Source: Octopus sinensis (Eukaryota). From it: 64,000 nucleotides of DNA. How positions within the stretch are numbered: the first letter of the stretch is position 1; each line of letters opens with the position of its first letter. Shown piece after piece: positions 38,266 to 53,139 of the stretch. The notes beneath the pieces are model-generated. The model made no database searches. It was given only the letters and a program-made list of their open reading frames with translations, and had not been told where the DNA came from. The position numbers were made by a program, and so were the translations under genes. Location: NCBI RefSeq assembly GCF_006345805.1, contig NC_043013.1, forward strand, positions 43,958,001 through 44,022,000, given 5' to 3'.

Positions 38266-41200
38266 TGGCTTGTAGTATTGGGGTCAAAGAGATTCTTATA
38301 TGTCAAAAGAAGCCAAATGGAAACCAACCCTAAGAACCCCTCCCTACCCTAGATTGTTATATAAAGATGTCTTCAGTGATATTCAATGACACAATACCTT
38401 ATGATGGGGAAGGGATAGTATATTATTTTTTACTTGTTTCAGTCATTTGACTGTGGCCATGGTGGGGCACCACCTCAAAGGGTTTTTAGTCAAAGAAATC
38501 AATCCCAAGACCTTATTCTTTTTTGAAGCCTGGTACATATTCTAGCTGTATCTTTTGCTGAACTGCTAAGTTATAGACGTAAACACACCAACACTATGGA
38601 GTTTTCAAAATGAAATGATATTGAGGGCAAATAAATGAATAAGTATGTAAATAAAAATAAATATCTTAATTAGGTTATTTGCTGTTAAGTTAGTTAAAAT
38701 GGCTTTCACCATACGTAATTAAATGTGATATTGAATTGAAGTGATGGACTCATCGTATTTTAATTATTGGAAATGAATAAAATTTGTTAAATTGATTACA
38801 TTAGATAAAACATATATATTGTATAAATAAGAATTGCGTGATTTCAAGAACCAAAAAGAAAATATGCTTACCTTTTACTATATGGTAAATACCTCCATGA
38901 GAAAGTAAGAACTCCAGTAAAAATGACGGTAGAACAGAGATAATTGTAATCCAATAATTTTAATCCACCCAAAGATTTCGTAAGAATTTCACAAGAATTA
39001 TAAAATTGATAATAGAGATTATATATAATGGGAAAATATATGGTTATTTTTCCTGTTTTCTTTGATTTTTCCCCCCTTTTTTTTGTATTCCTTATTCTTT
39101 ACAAATTTTCAAAAATTATGACAGGAATATTGATATCCATCTATCAGAAAAATATGTGGTAAATATCCCAAGAATCATCGATTATTTGGCATCCGGTAAG
39201 GCACTGTGAGAAACTAAAAGAATATTCCGGACTTTTGTAACAAGCTCAACCATTATGAATCAAAAATGGTTGATAAAATATTTAAAAGAAATTTTTATGG
39301 CATGCTGTATTGTGGTTGTTTTTGTTTTGTTTTCAATCAATATATTATAACTTGTAAATTCCTACAGCTGAGTGAAAATAAATGCTTAGTAGAAACTTCT
39401 TGAAGGTGGGGAAGAGATAAATAAGAGATTTGAAGCTAGGTGTGGGTGGGCTGAAGCAGAAGAAGAAAAGGAGAACCCGTAACAAAACAAACAAAATATA
39501 AAAAAAAAAGTATTTGATGATAAGCTGAGAAGGATGGGATCAAAGCAAGAGTGCAGTGTTTAGCTCCTGGTGGTGGGTCTCTTGTGTGAGCGAATGACTC
39601 TCTCTCTCTCCCTCTTTCTCTCACTTTCTCTCTCTCTAATCCAATGCACTTTGTCAGTCAGTGTTGACAAGGCATGGCAAAAGTCCTTGGTTCACTAGAA
39701 ATAAGTACCTCAAGCCCACCCTAGTAGATAGATCCTACAGATCTCTCTCTCTCTCTCCTGTGCTAAAACATTCAGTTACTGAGTTTCTTTTCCTTTGGCA
39801 GTGGGGTTGTAGGGTAGAGCAGAAGAACAGTAGGGGTGGGGATAGAGATTGTTTGTTTTGGTTTGTTGTTTTTTTTGTTTTGTTTAGCTTTGTTTCTTTT
39901 TTTTTTTTTCATTCAACAGGCATCACCATCACAAAGTGACTCACTATGGCTATTCTTGTAGAATTCGAAAAGTGAAGGCAAAAATTTTGACTTTGCAAAC
40001 AGTAGCCAGTCCTATAACTGCTAAGCTAGTTTCTACAACACATACATAAACACGTCGCTAGACACACATCTACGCACACAGGCACACAAGCATGTACAGA
40101 CATTGTGTAAAGGAAGCCACACACATAGAATTTTACGAAAAAAAAAGGGGGGGAAACAATAAAAAGAAAAACAAAAAAGAAAATTAAGATTACAAGGCAG
40201 TAAAGATTATCTCATTACTATTAAGAACTTGTTTAATGGAAATACCAGAAGATGCAGCTAGATATAGGCTTGCTTTTTCCTCTCTTTCTCTCTTTTAATA
40301 ATCAAGGAAGAAGAAGAAAAAAAACCCCCAAATTTCTCCTTCATCTTCATCTTTTCAACTGGAAAATTCTTGATTTAATTTATTCCCCAAGTGTGAAAAG
40401 AAAAGGAAACTTCGAAACATTTTCAAACTTAGATACACACACACACTCTTTATGTGTGTGCATATGTGTGTGCGTGTGTGTGTGTGTGTGAGTGAATGTG
40501 TGTGTATCTATGTATGCATATGAATCACATATACATACACACATGAATGGGTTGTTTGTTTTATAGGAAACATTTGCTCTTTGTATTATTGTTCATAAAA
40601 TAAGTACCAGTTGAATACTGAGGTTGATCTATTCGACTATATCCATCCACTGAAATCTGTGGACCTGTGCCAAACTTAGACATCATCATCATCATCATTT
40701 TCATTATTATTGCTGTTATTATTATTATAAGCTGTGATTAGTATTATAGTATATATTATTGTTTTTCAATCCTCATTGTTTATTATTATTATTATTTAAT
40801 AATGCTAGTGTGGGTATGGTTATTTTTATGACTGTGATGATATATGATTGTTGTTGTTGTTATGGCCAATTCTTCATGTGTTGTTACAAAAACCAAAAGT
40901 GAAAACCAAGCAAAATAAAAAACAAAAAAAACAACAGTTAATTAGTTTGAGATCATTCCAGTTATTTAGAAATATCCAGTTTTTTTTTGTCGAATATATT
41001 CCTGCAGAAGGTAAAAACCTGAAATGTAAGCAACATTGTTTTTTTTCCTTTCTTTTTACTTCATTAAACGTACGTTCTACCTTGTTTGATTTTCAAATTC
41101 TTTTTTTAGTTTGTTTTGATTTCTCTTTGGCATTGTGCTTATGTGTGTGTGGATATACACACACACACATATATATATATATATTATATATATATATATA

Positions 41201-42149
41201 TATATCTTCACCTGTCTGTAGTTCCTTTTTGTTTTGGTTTTTGCTTCTGTTACTTTTCTTGTGATCCAGAATTTTCTTAATGCAGTGGATTACATTCTAA
41301 AAACTTGTATTTTTTTAAAATCTAAAATTTAGGAAGCACTTATGGTAAAGTTTAGCCAAGTTCGAGAGAAAATGTGACAAATAATACACATTTTATATAT
41401 AATTATATAAGATTCATCATTCTCCTCTTTTGGTTACATGGAAGGGAAATTTTCATTTTCTTTCTCCAAAATTGTTGATCCAATGGAATATGATTTCTTC
41501 TGCTTCTCTCTTCATGCTTCTTCCACAAGTAGTAGCTTTGGTTTTAGCAGCAGGGTGGTCCTGGCTTTTTTTTATTTAATAGGCAAAGTCAGGTCACCCA
41601 CAAAGATTCAAAGAAGAAAGAGAGGGTGAGGGAGAAGGAGAGAGAGGGGTGGTGGTAAAATATAGTATTTCTGCTTTTTCAATTTGTACGTATGTATTTG
41701 TAAATTCATGGTTATGTGAATGTGTATATGCTCTGTTCTATAGTTTTAGAATGCGGAATCTTATGTATGTGTTGAGTTAAAATTTAACAGAATGTAAGAA
41801 TTCATGAATTCGGTAATATTTTTTGGAGATTTAGAAGTAAAGATTCCTAATAGAAAAACTGAAAAACTATATATACCTGTCAAAATATGTGTATGTCATT
41901 TATATGAATATGTGTCAATGTCAATTAATGATTGCCTTGATTTTAGTTAAGTGTAATTATGTGAATGTATATGCTGTTTGTATATAAACTGCATGTGTCT
42001 GTGTGTGTGTGTAATTGTATAACCATACACACATTTGTTTTTTTGATTGCACAAGAAAAAGAGATGTTACTGAGTACTAAAAGTAGAGTTTATAATTTTA
42101 TTGGAAGCTGAAACTTGCTACTCTGAGTTTTGATCTCCCAAACTTTAGT

Positions 42150-42446
42150 ATATATAAATATATATATATATAAAATATATGATATATTATATATATTATA
42201 TATATATATATGTATATAATATAGATGTGTGTGTGTATGTATATACTTGAGTTTCAATTTCCCAAACTTTAGAATATAATATATTCAAATATATGATATA
42301 TATATATGTATAGATGTGTGTGTGTGTGTATGTATCTGTCTGTCTCTCTCTCTCTGTATAGATGTATGTACAGATATATGTGTGGATGTATATGTATCTA
42401 TCTGTATGTATAGATATATGTATGTATGTGTATATATGTATATATG

Positions 42447-42478
<32 letters not shown>

Positions 42479-42905
42479 ATATCTGTCTATATATGTGTAT
42501 CTGTCTATGTATGTATAGATATATGTATATATCTATCTGTCTACATATATGTATAGATATATGTATATATGTAACTATCTATGTAATATATGTATGTATC
42601 TCTGTGTGTATATATGTATGTATAGATATGGGTGGATGTGTATGTATGTATCTATCTTTATGTGCATGTATGTATCTATTTATATGTGTGTGTATGTATG
42701 TATGTATGTATGTATCTATATATGTGTATGTATCTATCTATATATGTGTATGTATGTATCTATCTATGTATATGTATGTATGCATACATATATATATTTA
42801 TGTATGCAAATAAGTGTACATAGTTATGTGTATGTATATGAGTGTCATTTTTATGGATATCTATCTATCTATCTATTTATCTATCTATCTATGTGTATGC
42901 ATATA
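42150..42905. repeat. Compound (TA)/(TATG)/(TATC) microsatellite
   Basis: Direct reading; explains ORFs 42316-43094. Confidence 0.95.
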
Positions 42906-43070
42906 CAAATGATAAAGTACAGTCAAGGTAATAATTATATAATTTATAAATCTGAACTGACAATCTTACTACCTTGTTCCTGTGAGAGAAAAGGAACTTA
43001 CAAGGAAATATATTTACCAAGAATTCTTTTGTCTTCTCTTGTGTTCCTTTTTCTTTCAGAGAGAGAGAGA

Positions 43071-43101
<31 letters not shown>

Positions 43102-44304
43102 TTTATAGTGCCTTTTGTCAGGTTATTACATGTACCATTCCTTACTTGCTGGTTTTGAAGTTTTCACTAGATTTCTGTGTAAGTCACTTTCTTATTCCTG
43201 AAGAAATTCTGATACTGATAGTTTTGGTTTAGCATAACTTTCACTGCAGTGTAAAATAATTCCTTGACAATTTCAGAAGGATCCCCTTCTGAAGAAAGCT
43301 TTTCTCTTTCCACCCCACTTTTGATTGTGTGTGTGTATGTGTTTGTGGGTTTGTTTTTTTTCCCCCTTCTGTATCAGTAGGGTCTGGTCCCCAGAAATGT
43401 TCTTTTAAATATAAATAAATGAATAAACATAACAACAAACCCCAACCCACCAACACCACCTATCACTGTTACCCCCTTCTCATATACACTCAAGCTTATA
43501 TACAACCACTGGTTCTAAATCTCTGGCCTTTAAGTGTGTATGTCTATATGTGTCAAAATGTGTGTGTGTTTGTGTGTGTGTGTCCAGAGTAGAATTCCCT
43601 TAGGGAATCTAGAATTTCAAGGGGACTAACAGGGTAGTGGTGTCAAGCATCCAAATAGAGAGGATATCACTCACTTAATATGAGAGAGAAAGGGAGGAAA
43701 GTCGAGCTGGTAGGTAGGTAGGTCTGTAGGTAGGTAGCAAAGTCCCACCCACTCTCATCAACACATACTATCTTCTTTCTAATTCACTTTCTCTCTCTCT
43801 CTCTCTCTCTCTCTTCCCCTCCTCTACCTTTCCAGAAACTGTGGTAGGGGTTTGTAATATTAATGCAGCCACTAGAAAACAAGTAACTATTTTATCTTTG
43901 TGTGGTCCTCTAGCTAAGTCTCTTAAACACATACATAAACACAAGCCACACACATACACACCACACCACACACATACACACACATACCACCCACATACCA
44001 CACACAAACACACACACACACACACGAGCATAGACTTACTACACACATGAATCTACACTACACATCCTCAAATACCACACACACACACACATACACATAT
44101 GGCACAGACATACAGCACCTTGTATCCCCTACACATACACAAACACACACAGATCTAATACACTAGCAAATGTAGTGTAAAAGATTTGATCTGTACTAAC
44201 TACAAACTGAGAAGAAACCAGGCTTATACCACCAAAGCTGAGCAGCATTACATGACGCCTTGATGTAAGATGGGAGGAGTGGGTCTCATTTATCTCCTAC
44301 ATAT

Positions 44305-44363
44305 TGCTACATATATATATAGATATATATATATATATATATAATATATTATATATATTATAT

Positions 44364-44394
<31 letters not shown>

Positions 44395-44424
44395 CATCTA
44401 TATATATATATAACCTATATATAT

Positions 44425-44518
<94 letters not shown>

Positions 44519-44548
44519 CATATATATATATATATATATATACCATAT

Positions 44549-44624
<76 letters not shown>

Positions 44625-44626
44625 CC

Positions 44627-44657
<31 letters not shown>

Positions 44658-45154
44658 CATTACATATATATATATATATATATTACATACATACATATAT
44701 ATATATATACATACATACATATATATAATATATATATATATACATACATACATATCTATATATATTATACATATAATATATATATATAATATATATACAT
44801 ATATATATATATAATATACATACATACATTATATATATATATATATATATACATACATATATATATACATACCATATATAATATATATATATATATATAT
44901 ATACATACATATATATATATATATATACATACATATATATATATAATATATATATACATACATATATATATATATATATATCTATATATACATACATATA
45001 TATATATATATACATACATACATATACATACATATATATATATATATATACATACATATATATATATATATATACATACATACATATATATATATATATA
45101 CATACATACATAATTATATATATATATACATACATACATATATTATATATATAC

Positions 45155-45185
<31 letters not shown>

Positions 45186-45208
45186 CATATATATATTATA
45201 TATATTAC

Positions 45209-45239
<31 letters not shown>

Positions 45240-45311
45240 ATATATATATATATATATACATACATACATAATATATATATTATATATACATACATACATA
45301 TATATATATAT

Positions 45312-45372
<61 letters not shown>

Positions 45373-45432
45373 CATACATATATATATATATATATATACA
45401 TACTAAATAATATATATATATATATATATATG
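44305..45432. repeat. ~1.1-kb (TA)n/(TACA)n tract
   Basis: Direct reading; explains YI-repeat ORFs. Confidence 0.97.
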
Positions 45433-45439
45433 TATATAC

Positions 45440-45656
45440 TCTTACTCTCTTTACTCTTTTACTTGTTTCAGTCATTTGACTGCGGCCATGCTGGAGCACC
45501 GCCTTTAATCGAGCAACTCGACCCCAGGACTTATTCTTTTGTAAGCCCAGTACTTATTCTATCGGCCTCTTTTGCCGAACCGCTAAGTAACGGGGACATA
45601 AACACACCAGCATCGGTTGTCAAGCAATGCTAGGAGGACAAACACAGACACACAAA

Positions 45657-45697
<41 letters not shown>

Positions 45698-45897
45698 TTA
45701 TATATTATATATATATTATATATATATAATACATATATACGGACGGCTTCTTTCAGTTTCCGTCTACCAAATCCACTCACAAGGCTTTGGTCGGCCCGAG
45801 GCTAATAGAAGACACTTTGCCCAAGGTGCCATGCAGTGGGACTGAACCCAGAACCATGTGGTTGGTAAACAAGCTACTTACCCACAGCCACTCCTAT
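45440..45897 (-). mobile_element. SINE family A, near full length
   Basis: Tail CTCTTTTACT, body, TA linker, head ..ACCACAGCCACTCCTA. Confidence 0.9.
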
Positions 45898-46147
45898 ATA
45901 TATATATATATATATAATATATATACATATTTATATTTATTTATTTATTACATTGACATTACGCTTAAATTTTGCGTCACTGCTGTTCATTATGACTAAA
46001 ATTTTAGTAAAATTTAATTGTAATGTAAATTGGTAATGTGAAACTTGGAGTAAAATAAAAAGAAGACAGTATAAAATCTTACTTTTTAATTGCTGTTATT
46101 AATTGTACATACTGTATTAACTAATCTATCCTTACGTTTGTATAAGT

Positions 46148-46186
<39 letters not shown>

Positions 46187-47141
46187 CATGCATGGAGACA
46201 ATCAGTTTGTTTCTTTACTACATTACTCTGTTTTAGCTCTCATTTTTATAGAACCTAGTAATTTTTATACAGATTATCTCTGAAATGTTTCATGTATAAG
46301 AACAAATATCTTCTGTTCCAGCTCCACTCCAGCTGCTCCCACCCTTTTTGTTATAATGTGAGTAGTTGTGTAGCTTCTCTACATCAAGAAACCTGTTCTG
46401 GACCCTTCTCTCTCATTTTAACTGCTCTTCTTATAACATAAGGCCATCTCCCTCTCTACTGTAGCCCCAGTCAGTCAAAGGGGACCTTTGTCTTGCAGCT
46501 ATAAAGTGGTTGGCATTATGAAAGGCATTCAGCAGTAGAAACCCTGCCAAAGCAGACATTGGAGCACAATATTGTCTTTGGACCCATCAGGTCCTTTCAA
46601 ACCATCAAAACCAAGCCAATATGGAGCAATATAGTTATCAAATATAGAACATGGACAGTAAATAATGATAATATATCTGTTACTTATTTCAGTCCTTGGA
46701 TTGTGGTCATGCTGGGGTAATGCATTAAAGGGCCTAATGCAATACATTGATCCCAGTACGTTTTTGTTTTTGTTAAACATGGTACTTATTCTAATGATCC
46801 CTTTTAGTCGAACTACTGTTATGAGGATGTAAACAAACCAATACCAGTTATCAAGCAGTGGCGGGAACAAACAAAAATGTAAAGACACACACACACATAT
46901 ATATATATGATGGGCTTCTGTCAGTTTTGGTTTGCCAGATCCACTTTTGGAGTTTTGGTTGGTCCAGAACTGTGGTGGAAGATACTAGCCCAGGGTGCTG
47001 TGTGGTAGAGCTGAGCCCAGAACCATGAGGTTGAGAAGCAAACTTCTTACCATGTGGTTCTGGGTTCACTTCTGTTGCATGATGCCTTGGATGAATGCCT
47101 TCTGCTGTGGAGGCTAAAAGTAGCCCATGAGGTATTTATAA

Positions 47142-47189
<48 letters not shown>

Positions 47190-47652
47190 ATGTGCACTTG
47201 TGTCTCTGCTTCACATGATGGTGGTAGATGAGTGCCACTGTGGTACTGGTGGTGTCTTTCGTTTTCAGTGTTTGTGAGAACATGTCTGGCCATGGAGAAG
47301 TACTGCCTTGCTCAGAAGCATGTGGGAGTTGGTAACAGAGGTGGGGTGCATCTGGTTGTAGGAAAACTGCCTCAAAGAAACACCCCTCCATTCAATCTAT
47401 GCAAGTATGAAAAGTGAATACTAAATGGTAATGATAAATATAACCATAGATATCCCAGTCCCAGAATAGACACAACTATTCTAAAATGTCATAAGGTTGG
47501 TGGCAAAAGGGACATCTGGCTATTAAACACTGCCTCAGAAAAACTGCTTAACCTATGCCAAGATGGAAGAGCAGGCAAAAATGCTGATGATGGTAGACAT
47601 AATAGAATACCATAATTATTAATTAACTGTTATTAATATCTCAGTATACACT

Positions 47653-47848
47653 TTTACTTGTTTCAGTCATTTGACTGTGGCCATGCTGGAGCACCGCCTT
47701 TATTTGAGCAAATCGACCCTAGGACTTATTCTTTTGTAAGCCTAGTACTTATCCTATCGGTCTCTTTTGCCGAACTGCTAAGTTACGGGAACGTAAACAC
47801 ACCAGCATTGGTTGTCAAGCGATGTTGGGGGAATAAACACAGACACAA

Positions 47849-47883
<35 letters not shown>

Positions 47884-47904
47884 ACACACACACACACACA
47901 CCCA

Positions 47905-47943
<39 letters not shown>

Positions 47944-48100
47944 GACAGTCTTCTTCCAGTTCCGTCTACCAAATCCACTGACAAGGCTTTGGTCGGCCCG
48001 AGGTTATAGTAGAAGACACTTGCCCAAGGTGCCACGCAGTGGGAACGAACCTGGAACCATGTGGTTTGTAAGCAAGCTACTTACCACACAGCCACTCCTA
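47653..48100 (-). mobile_element. SINE family A, near full length
   Basis: As 45440-45897, with (CA)n(TA)n linker. Confidence 0.9.
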
Positions 48101-48869
48101 CTATAAATAAGTATCCTTATTTATATTGTGTACTGTCACTGCATACCTGAACAGAACTCTGTATGCTTTAGTTACCTGCTGAGTTTTATTTTGTTTCTGC
48201 ATTTTTCTATTCATCATCATCATCGTTTAACATCTGTTTTCTATGCAGGCATGGTTGGGCAGTTTGAGAGAAGCTGGTCAGCTTAAGAGCTGCCTGAGCT
48301 CCATGCCTGTTTTGGCATGGTTTCTACAGCTGGATGCCCTTCCTCACACGAACTGCTTTATAGAGTAAACTGGGTGCTCTTACACAGTAACGGCAGTGGT
48401 GCTTTTATGTGACACTAGCACCCACGGGCCTGCAAGATTAGAAGCACTCAGTAGAAGAGGGATGCAGGGGACATGCCTGTATGCAAGGACACCACGATTT
48501 TACTTAACTTGATGTATCTTCTCAAGCACACCCAACAACCAGGGGTCTTGGTCCCCTGTCTTCCCCTCTGTAGGGCCCAATGCCTGAAGATTTTTTCTCA
48601 CCACTTTGTCCCACATCTCCCTGGGTCTACCTCTTCCACATGTTGCCTCCATGATTCTAAATTGCTACAATTTCTCTTGTATTGCATAAAATATATGTGG
48701 TTCCTGTTGCCAACCATCCACCTTTTTTCTAGTTGAGGTAATATTCATCCATGGCTGGATATGTTTTTTATAGAAGACTGGAAATGAATAATGTTGCTTG
48801 TATGACAGTGATGCTTGCCTACAACTATCATGTGATGTCAATAAAAGTGTATACACAAATACCCCACCA

Positions 48870-49330
48870 CATCTACCTATCCGTCTACCTATTCATCTGC
48901 CTATCCGTCTGCTTATCCGTCTTCCTCTTCATCTGCCTATCTGTCTGCTTATCCGTCTGCATATCCATCTGCTTATCCGTCTTCCTATCCGTCTTCCCAT
49001 CCGTCTGCCTATCCGTCTGCTTATCCGTCTTCCTATCCGTCTTCCCATCCGTCTGCCTATCCATCTGCTTATCCGTCTGCCTATCCCTCTGCCTATCCCT
49101 CTGCCTATCTGTCTGCCTCTTCGTCTGCCTATCTACCTGCCTGTCTCTCTACTTAACTGTCTGTCTACTTATCTGTCTGTCTACCTATCTGTCTGTTTCC
49201 CTAACTGTGTGTCTACCTATCTGTCTGTCTAACTACCTGTCTGTCCGTCTACCTACCTGTCTGTCTATCTATTTATCTGTCTACCTAACTGTCTACCTAT
49301 CTATCTACCTACTGATCTGTCTACCTATAT
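48870..49330. repeat. 12-bp-unit minisatellite grading into (TCTG)/(TCTA)n
   Basis: Units like CTATCCGTCTGC / TTATCCGTCTTC. Confidence 0.9.
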
Positions 49331-49599
49331 ATATATATAAAGTTTTTATTTTTCATTCCTTTTGAAGATTGCTCTTAAATGTGATTTTGGTCGTTTTGAC
49401 TGCTTCTTCTAGCATGTAAAAACTGCCTGTATATATGTATATACATATGTATGCATATATATATATTATATATATATATATATATATAGCAATTTAATAG
49501 TAGTTGGGCTCTTTTCTACGCTTCAAGGAATGCCTCAACATTATTAAGTGTTTCACCCATCAGTGTCATGCTGAGAACATATTAATGATGAGGAACTTC

Positions 49600-51110
49600 T
49601 AGCTGAGCTCTAAGTGAAACTCACTTGATGCAGGAGACATTGCTGATCATTTTCTTTCCCAGTCTATCATTCCAGTCTTCAAAAAGGGAAACAAATCTCT
49701 TGCGGTGAACAACCATCTGATTTCACTCACTTTTCATATCATTAAAGTATGTGAGAGGGTGGTGAGATTGCAAATAACTCACTTCCTCAAAGACAACAGT
49801 CTGCTGGACCCCAACCAGCACGATTTCCGTGGTGGCAGGGACTGCCTGTCGCAGCTTCTGCACTATTTTGATGACATCTTAAAAGCGTTGGGAGAGGGCT
49901 CCAACACTGACATCATATACCTTGATTTCAGCAAGGCATTTGACAGAATGGACCACAAAATCCTGCTGAAGAAACTGTCCAACATTGGAGTCCATGGAAA
50001 GCTGCTGCAATGGATAAAGTGTTTCCTGTCAAACAGAGCCTAACATGTGTTTGAAGGAATACAATCCAGCTCAGCCAAAGTCAGTAGTGGTGTCCCACAA
50101 GGTACTGTGTTGGGCCCACTCCTCTTCATTATTTACATCAACGACATCAAACATTCTACATTGAAAATCTTTGCAGATGATTCCAAACTCCAGAAAGCGA
50201 TAAATGGCATGGGAGACTGAACATGCCTTCAGTCAGATCGGTTTGATGGGCAGAAAAAAACATTATGCTTTTACATGAAGATAAGTTTGATCTCATTTAC
50301 TTTGGAAAAGAGGAAACTCTGAAATTACCATATGCTCTTCCCTCGGGCGACTTCCTAGTGTCATCCAACAACACCAGAGACCTTGGAGTAATTGTTGATA
50401 ACAATCTAAGCTGGAGTCCCCATTTAAACAGCAAGGCTGACTTAGCCCACAAGATATGCTCCTGAATTCTGAGAACTTTCTGGTCTAGAGATGCCTAGGC
50501 CATCATCCTTCTCTACTCTACTTTTTCCTGACCCCCACCTTGAATACTGTTGCCCGTTGTGGTCCTCCCATATGAAGCAACTCATTATGAAAGTAGAAGC
50601 AATCCAGAGGTCAATAACAAGAAAGATAGATGGCATGAGAGGCATTGATTATTGGGGTTGATTAAAAAACTCAATCTCTACTCTCTCCAATGCTGTCGGG
50701 AGCGCTACATCATTTGTGTGACGTGGAAAATATTCCATCAGTATTGCACAAATGATGTTGGCATCAATTTTAAAATCCATTCAAGACTTGGACCCCATGC
50801 TATCCACCCACTACAAAAATTGAACTTGGTACACATAGCAACATTACATCACAATTACTTTACCCCAACTGGCCCAGCTCTCTTTAATACCATACCAAAA
50901 TACGTCAAAACAGAAACGGATCGCATAAAATTCAAATGTTCACTGGACAAATTTCTTCAAAAACCTCTTACACCCGAATATGTCTCCAACAATAATAACT
51001 TTTTGCTAGAGTGGGCTATGGTGCCCCATATATGACTAAAAGACTTCACTAGGTGGTACTATTAAGTTAGACATGCCTGGGCCGATACTGGGCAAAACCT
51101 ATCAAAGTTA
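49600..51110 (+). mobile_element. 5'-truncated CR1/L2-group LINE, decayed ORF2 RT
   Basis: IIPVFKKGNK, LDPNQHDFR, IYLDFSKAFD, SGVPQGTVLGPLLFIIYINDI, FADD, LEYCCPLWSP, LNLYSLQ; stops and frameshifts. Confidence 0.93.
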
Positions 51111-51840
51111 TATGTATGTGTGTGTATGTATATATATACATATATATATATATATGAGAGAGAGAGAGTATACTTTACTGTTAAGGTAAGATCAACAAAA
51201 AAGATACTCCATCCAGTGAGAGATAAATATCACTTACTGTACACAGTATAAAAATATAAGCTACTAATAGTTTCTTGCTGTGAAGACATGTGTCTATGCA
51301 GGTTTCTATAACATGCACTGTGTCTTCACAGCGAGAAGCTATTAGTAGCTCATATCTCTATACTCTGTACATTAAAGGATGTCTATATCTACTTACCTAT
51401 CTATCTATCTTTCTATCTATCTCTCTCTCTATATATACACACACACACACACATGCCTACAACAGGTTATTCTAGATTCTGTCAAACAAAGCCTCTCAGA
51501 AGGCTATGGCTAAGCCTTGGCCACAGTAGAAAACACTTATCCATGTTGCTATGGAATGAGACTGAACCTGTGATCACATAGTTTGGAAACAAGCTTCTTC
51601 GTCGCTCAGCCACGTCTGCACCTGTCTGGGTAGTTTATTTTTTCCTTTTTTGGCCTGTGTCACTGGTCTTCAAGGCTACTACAATACCAGTGAGAATGAG
51701 GCAGTTATCATTTCTCTTTAAAAGTTTGCTGACAACTGCAGGGAATTTCAGAAGGGCCAAGTGCTGGGAGGAAATGCTGGACTTAATAATAAATAGTGTG
51801 GAGTCAGTTATGGATTCAATATTTTGATAATTTGTCTTAA

Positions 51841-52060
51841 CCCTTTAGCATTTAAACCCGCCATATCTAGCCCAAATATTCTACCTGTTTTATGTATAAA
51901 ATGTCAAGAGCTGGCCTCTTATACCTATCTTACAATGTCATTCTAAAAATATACAATCACATCATCAAAACCTCAAAGCTATGAAATAATGCAGGATTGA
52001 TTCAAAACAGCATGAATAACTAGGGATTACTTTTGACATAGTAATCTCAATGCTAAAGGG
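51841..52060 (-). mobile_element. piggyBac-like MITE P2
   Basis: TTAA|CCCTTTAGCATT...AATGCTAAAGGG|TTAA. Confidence 0.88.
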
Positions 52061-52119
52061 TTAATTTCCCTGTTTTCATGAATTGGCTTGCCACAGATTA
52101 TGATTACTTAGCAATATAA

Positions 52120-52512
52120 GTGTAGGAGTGGCTGTGTGGTAAGTAGCTTGCTTACAAACCACATGGTCCCCAGTTCAGTCCCACCGTGTGGCACCTTGGG
52201 CAAGTGTCTTCTACTATAGCCTCGGGCCAACCAATGCCTTGTGAGTGGATTTGGTAGACAGAAACTGAAAGAAGCCCATCATATATATGTGTGTATATGT
52301 GTGTGTGTATCTGTGTTTGTCTCCCCAGCATCACTTGACAACGGATGCTGGTGTGTTTACGTCCCTGTAACTTAGCAGTTCAGCAAAAAGAGACCGATAG
52401 AATAAGTACTGGGCTTCCAAAGAATAAGTCCTGGGGTCGATTTGCTCGACTAAAGGTGGTGCTCCAGCATGGCCACAGTCAAATGACTGAAACAAGTAAA
52501 AGAGTAAAAGAG
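52120..52512 (+). mobile_element. SINE family A, full length
   Basis: Head, CCTTGGGCAAGTG, short linker, (GAGTAAAA)n tail. Confidence 0.92.
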
Positions 52513-53139
52513 TAAAAGAATTCTCTAAAACCCTTTCGTTATATGTATTTGTACCTATCTTTTTCTCTGCTTATTTCATAATGCTGATATTGTTTCCACA
52601 ATAAGAAATGTCAGCATTGTATCTTGGCATCAACAGAGACCTCTGTATATATTCTGAATTGGTTAAGACTGGATAGTTGTTATTATTATCATCTTTATTG
52701 TTATTATTATTATTATTTAAGGTGGCGAGCTGGTAGAAGCGTTAGCACACTGGATAAAATACTTAGCAGTATTTTGTCCGCCACTATGTTCTGAGTTCAA
52801 ATTCTGAACCTAGAACCATGTGGTTGGGAAGCAGCTTCTTACGACACAGCCAATCCTGCACACACACACACACACACATGTATATATATAAATATCAATT
52901 ATACTACTGACTAGAAACAAAGACACATATATAGCGTAGATAATTAAGGTAAATCCCAGCTGTTTCCCCTTGAAGCACATCTGCTTACTCCATTATTATT
53001 ATTCAATATGTAATCTTAGTTGCAACTGTATGTTAGTTCAAATTATATATCAAAATTAAGAATTATAGAAATATTATTTGTAGAGTTATTGTGTAACAAA
53101 ACAGAAAATTTGAAATGTTTTGGTTTTGTTTATTCACCA

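Noticed and set aside
42316-45499. Long ORFs rich in YI/MYV/CV repeats
   Set aside because: Translations of (TA)n/(TG)n/(TACA)n microsatellites, which lack stop codons
48751-49365. 204-aa and 144-aa ORFs with LSV/PIRL periodicity
   Set aside because: Arise from the 12-bp and 4-bp tandem repeats; no coding evidence
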